A DNA stretch of 64,000 bases from Acidobacteriota bacterium (GTDB lineage: Bacteria > Acidobacteriota > UBA890 > WLXD01). This document shows, piece by piece, positions 52,982 to 62,503 of this stretch. A model generated the notes under the pieces. That model was not told the origin of the DNA, did no database searches, and was given only the letters and a program-made list of their open reading frames with translations. The stretch is taken from contig CBDFKD010000002.1 in the NCBI GenBank assembly GCA_965248695.1, positions 3,040,001 through 3,104,000 on the forward strand, in the 5' to 3' direction. Made by a program: the position numbers and the translations under genes. Every line of letters begins with the position of its first letter. Position 1 is the stretch's first letter.

Positions 52982-54496
52982 ATGTCATCTGCCTCCAAAC
53001 GATTCGTGCTCAGTGTGCTCATCCTCGCGGTCGTTGCCTTCACCGCGTCCATACAGGCGCAGACCGGCGAGAGCTTCGACATCGTTCTTTCCGGTGGTCG
53101 CGTGCTGGATCCCGAGACCGGCCTCGACGCGGTGCGCAATATCGGTATCCGCGGTGACCGCATCGACGCGATCTCGGAGGGCTCGCTCGACGGCAACATC
53201 GTCGTCGACGTCAGCGGCCTGGTGGTGACCCCGGGGTTCGTCGACCTGCATGCGCATGGGCAGAGCATGGAGGCCAACGAGTACCAGGCGCACGATGGAG
53301 TCACGACGGCGCTCGAGCTCGAAGGCGGTGTCGGCGATGTGGAGCGCTTCATCGCCCGCCGCACCGGCAACGCGATGCTCAACTTCGGTGCGTCTGTGGC
53401 GCACAACTTCAACCGTGTCTGGGCGATGCCCGAGAGGGCCGCGGAGGTGGCGCGCCTCGAGGAGCTGTTCGCCGCCGGCTCCGACAACGACGCCGGGCTG
53501 ACCGAGGTCATGCAGAGCCTGCGGCGCGCCGGCTACGAACCCATCGACCGCAACGCCATCGGCCGACTGCGGGAACGTTTCGAGCTCGGTCTGCGGGCCG
53601 GCGGGCTGGGACTCGGGGTACCGCATCAGTACTACCCCGGCGCCGACTACGACGAGATCTTCCGGGTCTTCGAGATGGCCGCCGAGTGGGACGTGCCGAT
53701 CTATACCCACGTCCGCAGCATGGAGGTCGGCGCTTTCCAGGAGGTCATCGCCAACGCCGCCGCTACCGGCGCGCCGCTTCACATCGTGCACGTCAACAGC
53801 ATGAGCCTGGGCAACATCGCGACGGTGCTCGACATCATCGGTGCGGCGCAAGCGCGCGGTTTGGACGTCACCACCGAGGCCTATCCCTACACCGCCGGCT
53901 CAACGGGCATCGGCTCGGCAATCTTCGATGACGGGTGGCAGGAGCTTCTCGGGGTGAGCTACGGCGACATCCAGTGGGAGGACACCGGCGAGCGCCTCAC
54001 CGAGGAGACTTTCAACAAGTACCGCGCCGAGGGCGGTACGGTGATCATTCACGTCATGAAACCCGAGTGGATCGAGCTGGCGATGCGCACCCCGTTCGTG
54101 ATGGTGGCGTCGGACGGCATGCCGTACGCGCCCGGCGCCCACCCGCGCAGCGCCGGGACGTACTCGCGGTTCCTGGGCTACTACGTGCGCGAGCTCGAGC
54201 TCATGCCGCTGATCGAGGCGGTCGCCAAGATCTCGTTGATGCCGGCGCAGCGCCTCGAGAAGGTCGCCCCCGCAATGGCGCGCAAAGGACGTCTTCAGGT
54301 CGGAGCCGATGCCGATGTCACTGTCTTCGCGCCCGGACGGATCATCGACACCGCCACTTTCGAGGACGACCTGTCGTTTGCCGAGGGCGTCGAGCACGTG
54401 CTGGTGAACGGTACTTTCGTGGTGCGAGATGGGGAAACCGTCGAAGGTGCGCGACCCGGGCGACCGGTGCTCGGGAAGATGTACTCCGGTAGCTAG
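52982..54496 (+). CDS. Exported N-acyl-D-amino acid deacylase family amidohydrolase
   Basis: GGRVLDPETGLD, PGFVDLHAH, TTEAYPY, ASDG, HPRSAGT, GADAD. Confidence 0.87.
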   Translation: MSSASKRFVLSVLILAVVAFTASIQAQTGESFDIVLSGGRVLDPETGLDAVRNIGIRGDRIDAISEGSLDGNIVVDVSGLVVTPGFVDLHAHGQSMEANEYQAHDGVTTALELEGGVGDVERFIARRTGNAMLNFGASVAHNFNRVWAMPERAAEVARLEELFAAGSDNDAGLTEVMQSLRRAGYEPIDRNAIGRLRERFELGLRAGGLGLGVPHQYYPGADYDEIFRVFEMAAEWDVPIYTHVRSMEVGAFQEVIANAAATGAPLHIVHVNSMSLGNIATVLDIIGAAQARGLDVTTEAYPYTAGSTGIGSAIFDDGWQELLGVSYGDIQWEDTGERLTEETFNKYRAEGGTVIIHVMKPEWIELAMRTPFVMVASDGMPYAPGAHPRSAGTYSRFLGYYVRELELMPLIEAVAKISLMPAQRLEKVAPAMARKGRLQVGADADVTVFAPGRIIDTATFEDDLSFAEGVEHVLVNGTFVVRDGETVEGARPGRPVLGKMYSGS

Positions 54497-54510
54497 ACGC
54501 CGAGGCGAGA

Positions 54511-55515
54511 TCACGGGCTGCAGCTCCCGGTGCCGCGGTCGGTCTCGCCGCGTCCGGGGACGGGCACGAACTCCCAGTCGTAGCCGTCCACATGCAGCTG
54601 GAACTTCAGCACCCCCGAGACTTCGTACTGCAGCGCGGCGCTGAGGTCACCGGGCTCGCCACCTCGCTGGCCGCCGCTCTGGCCACCGGTGCCAGCGATG
54701 AACCGGCGGATGCCACGATCCGGATCGCGGTCACCGGCCGGAGACAGGGGCACAAAGCGCTCGTAGTGATGGTCATGCCCGTTGACGATGACGTCGGCCC
54801 CATGCTCGTAGAGCACTTCCCAGAAACCGCGCACACGTTCCTGGCGGCTATGGCCGCCCGACGAGAAGAGCGGATGGTGCCAATAGGCCAGCAGACACTT
54901 GCCGGCGTTGCTCGCCAGGTCCTGCTGCAACCAATCCAGCTGTACGGAGTGCGCATGGCCTTCGAGCACGCTGTTCAATGCAACGACGTGCCAGTCGCCG
55001 AGGGCGTAGCTGTAGTACCCCTGGCCAAGCATCCCGGCGGTCTGCCCGAAGTAGGCATGGTAACCGGCCCCCGGCCCATTCGTGTAATCGTGGTTGCCTG
55101 GCGCTGGCCTGGTCCGGCTCTTGTGTCGGCCCCACGAAGGGTCGTAGCAATCCAGGAAATCGCGTGCTGACCCGTCGGGGTAGGCGTTGTCCCCGGCAGT
55201 GAAGATCGTGCCGTCGAGCTCGTCGAGCAGCAGCGCGGTGCGCTCGTCTCCGCGCGAGTTGCAAGAGGCGATATCGCCGGCGCCGACGAGTACGTGGCTC
55301 GTCTGATAAATCGGCGCGACGCCACACGACAGTGCCGCCAGTAGGGCTACCAGGACGGATGCGGCGGCCCGGGCCGAGGCCGATGCAATGCGGCGCCTCT
55401 CGGGGGCTTGGCTCACGAGAACCCCCCGATCGGCACTGGACTCGACACCAACCTCGACCCTGCGACCTCCATGGAGAAGGAAATCGCACGTCGCGCTCCT
55501 CGCTTCATCGGCCAA
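54511..55515 (-). CDS. Metallophosphoesterase (calcineurin-like), probably lipoprotein; start uncertain
   Basis: GAGDIA, GDNAY, PGNHDY, YWHHP, GHDHHYER, GTGG. LAALSC lipobox. Confidence 0.85.
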   Translation of the reverse strand: MADEARSATCDFLLHGGRRVEVGVESSADRGVLVSQAPERRRIASASARAAASVLVALLAALSCGVAPIYQTSHVLVGAGDIASCNSRGDERTALLLDELDGTIFTAGDNAYPDGSARDFLDCYDPSWGRHKSRTRPAPGNHDYTNGPGAGYHAYFGQTAGMLGQGYYSYALGDWHVVALNSVLEGHAHSVQLDWLQQDLASNAGKCLLAYWHHPLFSSGGHSRQERVRGFWEVLYEHGADVIVNGHDHHYERFVPLSPAGDRDPDRGIRRFIAGTGGQSGGQRGGEPGDLSAALQYEVSGVLKFQLHVDGYDWEFVPVPGRGETDRGTGSCSP

Positions 55516-55694
55516 ACCGCCTAGTGCACGCGGTCACGCCCTGTACTCTCGACCTACGCCCTCTGTCGGATGGCGGCGCAACGGCCTTCTGCCTAGTGTT
55601 CCGCTATGCTTTGTAGATTCGTGGCTGCGACGGTCGCCTTTGGCCACCGGACGACAGCGCCGCAACCCGGTACGCCCTGACCCAGGCGGTTGCA

Positions 55695-56456
55695 ATGCTG
55701 CTAAACGAATTGCGGCAACAGGGTGACAAGCTGTATCGGTGGAGGAGCTATCTGCCGGTACCACTGACTCTGTTGCTATTCGCCGCCATCGCCATGCCGC
55801 CGGATCGCATCTGGCCGCTGGGCGTCTGGTGGGACTGGGTCGCCCTGGCGATGAGCCTGACGGGCCTGGCGCTGCGGATCTACACCATCGGTCACGCGCC
55901 GCCGTTCACGTCCGGCGGGAACGTCCGTAAGCAAGTTGCCGGCGAGCTCAATACGACCGGGGCCTACTCACTCGTGCGGCACCCCTTGTACCTCGGGAAC
56001 CTGCTGATGTGGCTCGGGCCGACGCTTTTCGTGCGATCGCTCTGGGTAGCGGTCGTCTGTGTGCTGGTGTTCTGGCTCTATTACGAACGCATCATGTTCG
56101 CCGAGGAGGACTTCCTCGAGGAACGCTTCGGCAACGACTTCCGAGCCTGGTCCTCGGCGACACCGGCGGTGCTGCCGTCAATCGCGGCCTGGCGACGACC
56201 GAGCGCGTCCTTCTCGCTGCGCCGCGTTCTGCGGCGTGAGTACAACGCGCTTCTGGCAACCATTGCTCTGTTCTCTCTGCTCGTCGTCTGGCGATCGTGG
56301 CTGCATGGCCCCGGGTTGGCGCTGCCCCCGAGCTGGACAGTCCTGCTCGCCGGCGCCTCGACGATCTTCCTCGTATGTCTTGGAATCAAGAAGGGCACCA
56401 CTCTCTTGGAAAGCAAACCACAGCCGCGACTAGAGAAGGTGGGAGATGCGCGCTAG
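55695..56456 (+). CDS. ICMT-family membrane methyltransferase, lipid A phosphate methyltransferase LmtA-like
   Basis: LYRWRSYLP, LNTTGAYSLVRHPLYLGN, YYERIMFAEE..L...FG, VLRREY. Confidence 0.78.
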   Translation: MLLNELRQQGDKLYRWRSYLPVPLTLLLFAAIAMPPDRIWPLGVWWDWVALAMSLTGLALRIYTIGHAPPFTSGGNVRKQVAGELNTTGAYSLVRHPLYLGNLLMWLGPTLFVRSLWVAVVCVLVFWLYYERIMFAEEDFLEERFGNDFRAWSSATPAVLPSIAAWRRPSASFSLRRVLRREYNALLATIALFSLLVVWRSWLHGPGLALPPSWTVLLAGASTIFLVCLGIKKGTTLLESKPQPRLEKVGDAR

Positions 56457-57109
56457 AGAACGCTGTTTGAGTCGGCTCACGGTCCCAGCAATCCGGTTCG
56501 CGGCGGCGAGCGTGCTTGTGTTCTCCGCATCCGGGGCGCTCGCCGGACAAGGCGGCCCCATAGCGGCCGAGGACGACTGCGGTGACGACGCAATCGAGAT
56601 GGATGGCAGAGACCTTGTGACGTTGGCTCGGCTGAGCGTGGTCGACGCCATCGCGGCGGCGGAGCAACACACCGCCGGGGACGCGGTCGAAGCCGAGCTC
56701 GAAGGATGCCAGGGTGCCGCCGGCAACCACGCATGGTTCGAGATCGCCTTGATGGACGACGGAGCTCTGCGCGAGGTGCGAGTTGACGCCTCGAACGGTG
56801 ACGTCATCGGCACGGCGGAAGACGACCATGACGGTGGCGAGTTTGCCGGATACGCACGCGCTCTGCGCCACAGCGAGCTCAGCCTCGAGCAGCTGATTGC
56901 CAGCGCTCAGGCGGTGCTCAACGGCACCCTGGTCGAGGCCGAGCTTGAGTTCGATGAAGGTCAACCCGTCGCCGAGCTGCTGTTCGCCAACGGCCCGCGC
57001 GTTGATCGAGGTCGAGGTCGAGGCAAGAGCGGGACACATCGTCGAGATCGAGCTCAAAGAGCTCGGGGCGGATGACGACGACGATGGGGATCATGACCAC
57101 CGCCAATAG
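56446..57109 (+). CDS. Exported tandem PepSY-like protein, frameshifted near 56995
   Basis: Repeat 1: LSVVDAI..A...AVEAELE...EVRVDASNGDV. Repeat 2 continues in another frame as ALIEVEVEARAGHIVEIE...DDDDDGDHDHRQ*. Confidence 0.7.
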
Positions 57110-57135
57110 GCGCGGCGTCCTGTCGAGCTGTCGTC

Positions 57136-57675
57136 TTAGCGCTCGTTTGCCGGCAGCAGCAAGTCTTCCAGAAAGAACGCCGAGAGCGCGGTACGACCGC
57201 TGAGGTTGGCTTTCCGATAGATGGCCTGCGCTTGCTGTCGCACGGTGCGCTCGCTGGTGTCACGCACGGCGCCGATCTCGCGGTGGCTCAGTCCCTTCAG
57301 CATCAGCATTGCCACTTCACGCTCGGCGTCGGTGAGCTCCCAGCGATCGAACTGCGCGTCGATCGCCGCGCCCAGGCCGCGAAGCAGATCGGTCATCTCC
57401 GAGCGCCACTGTGCGCCCTCGACGCGAGCCACCCGCAGATCGGCCAACAAAGCATGCCGGTCGGCCTCCTGATGGCTCACGCGGCCGAACAGATAAGCCA
57501 CCATAGCCGCGATCGAAACCAGGAGGATCGGCTCGATCGATTCGATCACCGCCTCGCCCAGGGTAAGCTCGGGCTCCTCGAGGATCTCGGTCGTGACCAG
57601 CGCCGCGGCCGCCGCAATCGCCACGGCGGGGCCGAGCCAGCGAGAGCCCGTTAGCTTCTTTAGCAGTTCAGACAT
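57136..57675 (-). CDS. Membrane-anchored LuxR-type HTH regulator
   Basis: Two N-terminal TM helices, then IDAQFDRWELTDAEREVAMLMLKGLSHREI...SERTVRQQ. Confidence 0.88.
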   Translation of the reverse strand: MSELLKKLTGSRWLGPAVAIAAAAALVTTEILEEPELTLGEAVIESIEPILLVSIAAMVAYLFGRVSHQEADRHALLADLRVARVEGAQWRSEMTDLLRGLGAAIDAQFDRWELTDAEREVAMLMLKGLSHREIGAVRDTSERTVRQQAQAIYRKANLSGRTALSAFFLEDLLLPANER

Positions 57676-57715
57676 GGTGGGTAGCGTTACATGCGGTCGC
57701 CGTTACCGGCAAGGT

Positions 57716-59170
57716 TCAGTCGGGCGTCCCCGCCGCCGACGCGGCGCGAATCGACCAGAGATGCTGCTGGGTGCGAACCAACAAGCGATCACCGACCATC
57801 GCCGGGGTGGCCAGCGCGAACTCCTCGAGCTTGTTGACCCCGAGCAGCTCGAGCTCGTCGCCGGTGCCGAGAACGTAGGTGTCGCCCTCTTCGCTCAGGC
57901 AGAAGATCTTGCCGTTGTACGCCCACGGCGAGGCCGTGAACGCCGAGGCGCCGGGACCGATCCGGGCTCGATACACGCGCTCGCCGTTGCTGGCGTCGTA
58001 CTTGGCGATAATGCCCTTGTCCTGTAGCACGTACAGATGCCCGTCGTAGAGGACCGGGGTGCTGAGGTAAGTACCGCCGCGCCAGTCATACCAGACGACG
58101 TGCTCACTGCTGGTCTCCCCCTCCGGGAGTGTGATGTCACCGCTCGCCCCGGGGGTCAGCGCGGCGATCGGCCACGAGCCCGCTCCGGGCGGCCCGGCGA
58201 TCAGGTACAGCACGTCGCCGGACGCAAAGGGTGTCGGGATGGGCATGAAGGACATTTTCTTCATGCGCCATAGCTCGTCGCCGTCGAGATCGTAGCTGAT
58301 CGCTGTCTCCGGCCCCATGGTGATGAGCTCGGTGCGCTGCGAGTTGGCCCAGACGAACGGTGACGACCAGCCCGAGTTTCGGTGCTCACCCAGCGCGACC
58401 CGGGATCGGCGCCAGATCTCCTTGCCGTTCCGCTTGTCGAATGCGGCGACGAATCCCGATTCTTCATTGTCGTTGAGGATGTAGATCCGGTCACCATGCA
58501 GCGCCGGAGAGGTACCGCCACCGAAATCCAGGTACACCTGATACGGGTTCAACGGCGTCGACCAAAGCTCGTTGCCATCGAAGTCGTAGGCGTACAGGCC
58601 CTGGTGAGCGAAGTAGACGTACACCGCTTCGCCGTCGGTTACGGGCGTTTCCGACGCGAAGCTGTTCTTGCGGTGCCGGCCGACGGCCGGGTTGCCGTGA
58701 TGCGCCTCACGCCGCCAGAGGATCTCGCCGGTCTCCAGGTCGAGGCAATAGAGCACTAGCTTGATGACGATCTCTTCGGTGGTCTCGGTATCGCGTTCCT
58801 CGACTCGCCGCATGACCTCGTCCATCTCGAGGCCTTGCTCCATGAGCTCGGCCACGTAGTCGTTGGAGAAGTCGACGCCGAAGCTCGGCTGCTTCATGGC
58901 CTGATCGCTAGTCGCAGCGGTGACGAAGACCCTGCCACCCCAGACAATCGGCGAGGACCATCCCATGCCCGGTATCTCCGCCGACCACTCGACGTTCTCC
59001 GTGCGCGACCAGGTGTCCGGCAAATCGGGGTTGTCAGCGACCGGTGTTCCTTCGGGTCCGAGAAACCCGGGCCAGTTCGGTTCCTGCTGCGCGGGCGCAA
59101 TGCCTGCGATCGAGAGCAGGCTGACGGTCAGCGTTATTGCCACACGGGGTGCGATCCGGTGAGAATTCAC
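57716..59170 (-). CDS. Exported PQQ-binding-like beta-propeller protein
   Basis: NWPGFLGP, GWSSPIVWG, NSFASETPVTDG, FTASP, ATPA. GTG start before a signal peptide. Confidence 0.85.
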   Translation of the reverse strand: MNSHRIAPRVAITLTVSLLSIAGIAPAQQEPNWPGFLGPEGTPVADNPDLPDTWSRTENVEWSAEIPGMGWSSPIVWGGRVFVTAATSDQAMKQPSFGVDFSNDYVAELMEQGLEMDEVMRRVEERDTETTEEIVIKLVLYCLDLETGEILWRREAHHGNPAVGRHRKNSFASETPVTDGEAVYVYFAHQGLYAYDFDGNELWSTPLNPYQVYLDFGGGTSPALHGDRIYILNDNEESGFVAAFDKRNGKEIWRRSRVALGEHRNSGWSSPFVWANSQRTELITMGPETAISYDLDGDELWRMKKMSFMPIPTPFASGDVLYLIAGPPGAGSWPIAALTPGASGDITLPEGETSSEHVVWYDWRGGTYLSTPVLYDGHLYVLQDKGIIAKYDASNGERVYRARIGPGASAFTASPWAYNGKIFCLSEEGDTYVLGTGDELELLGVNKLEEFALATPAMVGDRLLVRTQQHLWSIRAASAAGTPD

Positions 59171-59321
59171 GGTGGGTTTCCTTGCATCGGGGCGCGGTTC
59201 GGACGGACACGGCGTGTTCGGCGACGCGGCCGGAAACACTTGTACGATACCCGCAGCGGACGTCGTCCGCGAAGAAGACACTGCGCCAGCGGACTCGACC
59301 GGGCGCGAAGGGAGCATCGAA

Positions 59322-60665
59322 TTGACGCTACGCCAAGCCGCGTTGGTGATGAGTTGCTGCATCGCCGCAGTCTCGGCAGGTACCGAGTTTGTGGCCGAGG
59401 CCAAGCACGTAGTGGTCGTTGGCGGTGGCGTCGCGGGGCTGGCCGCGGCGCGAGATCTGCACGACGCCGGCTACGAAGTCACCGTCCTGGAAGCGAAGGA
59501 TCACCTCGGCGGCCGGGTATGGACAGATCGCGGCACTGGAACAGCGCTCGACATGGGGGCCAACTGGATCCACGGAATCACTGGTAACCCACTCACCGAT
59601 CTGGCGAACGAGCTCGGGCTCACAAGAGCAACGACCGACTACGAGAACAGCGCGGAGTACGACTCCGACGGCACCCCGGAGCCCTTGACCGATCTCCAGT
59701 TCAACAGTTGGGAGAAAACCCTCACCGCGTATGCCCGTGACTACTTGCGTCGTCGTCCAAACGCCACGGTCCAGGCGATGATCGATGCGGCTCGCAGCGC
59801 CGGAGATCTCGACTTTCTGAGTGATCGAGAGCTCGCCTTCCTGATCAATACGGGGCTGGAGCACGAGTTCGCCGCAGACGCGACGCAGATGTCCGTGCGC
59901 GCCCTCGATGAGGGCAGAGAGTTCCGCGGCGCCGACGTGATCTTCCCCGACGGCTACGACGCCATCATCACGGCGCTAGCGGACGGCCTCGCGGTCGAGC
60001 TCAACACCGTCGTCGCGGCAATCGAGCACGGCAACTTCGGTGTACGGGTGAAGACCAACCGCGGCACGTTCGAGACCGATCGGGTCGTCGTGACGCTCCC
60101 GCTCGGAGTACTCAAGTCCGGCGACGTCTCCTTCGACCCCGTGTTGCCGCGCCAGAAGCGCAAGGCGATCGATGCACTGGCGATGGGCGTGCTGAACAAG
60201 GTGTGGTTGGTGTTCCCGACGGTCTTCTGGAACGCCGACGTGCATCTGCTCGGGTACGTCAGCGCGACCAAGGGTCACTTCTCCGAGTGGGTGAGCCTGT
60301 CGAGACATACCGGCGACCCGGTATTGGTGGCCTTCAACGCCGGAGCCTACGGCGCGGAGATAGAAACGCACACCGATGCGGAGATCATCGAGGAGGCCAT
60401 GCAAGTGCTGCGCACAATGTACGGCGCCGGCATTCCGGAGGCGGTGGCGACGCGCATCACACGCTGGAATTCGGACCCGTACGCCTACGGGTCATATTCC
60501 TATCTGCCGCCGCTAGCAAAATCTGTACACCGTCGCCGCCTGGCGCGTACCGTGAAGGGTCGCCTGTTCTTCGCCGGCGAGGCCACCAGCCACCAGTATC
60601 CGGCTACTGTCCACGGCGCCTACCTCTCCGGCCTGCGCGCGGCGAAGGAGGTCAAAGGTCGATGA
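59322..60665 (+). CDS. Flavin amine/polyamine oxidase family protein
   Basis: VVGGGVAGLAAA, GGRVWT, DMGANWIHG, VTLPLGVLK, TRWNSDPY, FFAGEAT, TVHGAYLSG. Confidence 0.88.
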   Translation: MTLRQAALVMSCCIAAVSAGTEFVAEAKHVVVVGGGVAGLAAARDLHDAGYEVTVLEAKDHLGGRVWTDRGTGTALDMGANWIHGITGNPLTDLANELGLTRATTDYENSAEYDSDGTPEPLTDLQFNSWEKTLTAYARDYLRRRPNATVQAMIDAARSAGDLDFLSDRELAFLINTGLEHEFAADATQMSVRALDEGREFRGADVIFPDGYDAIITALADGLAVELNTVVAAIEHGNFGVRVKTNRGTFETDRVVVTLPLGVLKSGDVSFDPVLPRQKRKAIDALAMGVLNKVWLVFPTVFWNADVHLLGYVSATKGHFSEWVSLSRHTGDPVLVAFNAGAYGAEIETHTDAEIIEEAMQVLRTMYGAGIPEAVATRITRWNSDPYAYGSYSYLPPLAKSVHRRRLARTVKGRLFFAGEATSHQYPATVHGAYLSGLRAAKEVKGR

Positions 60666-60691
60666 CCATCAGCACAGCAGGAGAACGGACG

Positions 60692-61093
60692 ATGGCGATT
60701 GCCTACTCGAGCTCGCGGCAACCCACTCTGGATCAAGTAATCGATCTGTATCGAGCCTCGACGCTCGGCCAACGGCGGCCGGTCGACAGCCGCCACGTGA
60801 TGCAAGGCATGGTAGATAACGCCGACCTCATGGTCACCGCCTGGGACGGGGACGTCGTCGTCGGCATCGCGCGCACGCTCACAGACTTCACGTACTGCGC
60901 CTACCTCGCCGATCTGGCCGTGCACCTCGACTGGCAGCGGCAAGGGATCGGAACCGAGCTGATCGAGGCTACCAAGCGACTCCTGGAACCCACCTGTTTC
61001 GTGACCCTGCTGTCGGCGCCGGCCGCCAACGACTACTACCCGCGTGTCGGTTTCGATCACCACCCACGCGCCTGGATGTGGGCGCCGGACTGA
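60692..61093 (+). CDS. GNAT N-acetyltransferase
   Basis: VGIARTLTDF..CAYLADLAV...QRQGIG, YYPRVGF. Confidence 0.88.
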   Translation: MAIAYSSSRQPTLDQVIDLYRASTLGQRRPVDSRHVMQGMVDNADLMVTAWDGDVVVGIARTLTDFTYCAYLADLAVHLDWQRQGIGTELIEATKRLLEPTCFVTLLSAPAANDYYPRVGFDHHPRAWMWAPD

Positions 61094-61144
61094 GCGATCG
61101 CCACCGAGTGGCTTCCATTTGCTCTTGTCGCTTCGTTTCGTTTG

Positions 61145-61176
61145 AACTAATATTAAGTCTTCCTAACTAACTAGTT
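61145..61176. promoter_or_regulatory. AT-rich imperfect dyad, candidate autoregulatory operator/promoter
   Basis: AACTAATATTAAGTCTTCCTAACTAACTAGTT in a GC-rich background, directly upstream of a MarR-type gene. Confidence 0.45.
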
Positions 61177-61215
61177 GCCTGATCTTGACACCCCGAAGAA
61201 CACCTCGAGATCGTC

Positions 61216-61707
61216 ATGAGCCGTAAGACATCGCCGATTCAGCTGAGCGAGTCGCTCGAACATCTGCAGCGCCATTTGGCGAGGAGCTGGGAGCGCGGAG
61301 CGGACTCCGGCGGAAAGCGCCTGCCGAGCCACAGTGAGTACGAGTATCTGCGGGCGGTCGACACCCTCGACAACAAGTGGCCGACGAGCTTGCCCGACGA
61401 CGCCGGCGATGGGCATCACATCTCCGAAGTTGCCGCCGAGATGGCGGTGCGCAAAGCGTCCGCCAGCGCCATGGTGCAGAAGCTCGAGAAGCGAGGGATG
61501 CTGCATCGGGTCGCCTGCCGCTACGACGCACGCGCGCAACACGTCATGCTGACCGACGAGGGGCGAGCCCTGCTGAACGGCGGACATGAAGTGTATGGAC
61601 GCGCCGCGGCCCGGATCAAGGAGCAACTCGACCCCGAGGAGTACCGCGCACTGGAGCGTGCACTCGCCAAGGTGACGGCGCCTGACGGGGCGGAACTCAG
61701 GAGGTAG
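61216..61707 (+). CDS. MarR-family winged-helix regulator
   Basis: HISEVAAEMAVRKASASAMVQKLEKRG...DAR...LTDEGR. Confidence 0.85.
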   Translation: MSRKTSPIQLSESLEHLQRHLARSWERGADSGGKRLPSHSEYEYLRAVDTLDNKWPTSLPDDAGDGHHISEVAAEMAVRKASASAMVQKLEKRGMLHRVACRYDARAQHVMLTDEGRALLNGGHEVYGRAAARIKEQLDPEEYRALERALAKVTAPDGAELRR

Positions 61708-61709
61708 AC

Positions 61710-62309
61710 GTGAGCACGGCCGGCGATCACGAGCATGACCAGGGCCCCGATTGGACCGACGAGACCGTCGCCTGGTACGCCCGCGAATATGGAGAGTGGG
61801 CCAGCAATCGGATGACCGTCGCAGCGATCGAATGGCGCCCGGACGATATCGTGGTGGATGTCGGTTGTGGCACCGGGTGTGCGCTACGCCACGCCGTCGA
61901 GCACGTTACCGAGGGCCGCCTGGTCGGCGTCGATCCGGTACCGGGAATGATCCGGATCGCGCGACAGCAGACGACGGACCATCCGGCTCAGGAACGCATC
62001 GAGCTACTCGAGTGCGGCGCCGACGCCCTGCAGCTCGACGATGCGCTGGTCACCGTGGCGATGTCGATCAACTCGCTACATCACTGGGACGACATTGCTG
62101 GCGGCCTGGCGGAGCTGATGCGCGTGCTCGTCCCAGCCGGTCGTCTATACGTAGCAGAGGACCACGACATCCAGGAGATGCACGGATGGAGGGCCGACGA
62201 CGTGCAGGCGGCGCTGGCCACTGCCGGCTTCGTCGAAGGCAGCGTGCGGGTCCTGACGGAGGACGAGGTGGTGCTGGATCTGCACCATGCGCGGAAACCG
62301 GCTCGCTAG
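61710..62309 (+). CDS. Class I SAM-dependent methyltransferase
   Basis: VVDVGCGTG, GVDP, SLHHW, RVLVPAG. Confidence 0.88.
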   Translation: MSTAGDHEHDQGPDWTDETVAWYAREYGEWASNRMTVAAIEWRPDDIVVDVGCGTGCALRHAVEHVTEGRLVGVDPVPGMIRIARQQTTDHPAQERIELLECGADALQLDDALVTVAMSINSLHHWDDIAGGLAELMRVLVPAGRLYVAEDHDIQEMHGWRADDVQAALATAGFVEGSVRVLTEDEVVLDLHHARKPAR

Positions 62310-62503
62310 TGGCCTGTAACAGATGAATCGATAGTGCCGTGGTGGCGAAATGGGGTCGGACGCAAGGCGCTCCGACGAGTCGATGTTGGTGCATCTCCGA
62401 GCAGGAGCAACAGAGCAGGCGGCCCGATTTCGCCACTGTTGCTCTGGTTGGCCTGCGGACAGATAGGCAGTTGCGGGCGAACTCCGCGTTGCGACTCGTC
62501 GAC
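62306..62503. mobile_element. Truncated IS630-like MITE with internal hairpin
   Basis: CTAGTGGCCTGTAACAGA end (second copy at 49414). Internal arms 62342-62358 and 62420-62436 are near-complementary. The minus strand ends in SVTGH*, an IS630-like terminus. Confidence 0.55.

Noticed and set aside
55520-55694. Two CTAGTG-starting segments in the divergent intergenic region
   Set aside because: No extended similarity to the 18-bp element end and no clear terminal repeats.
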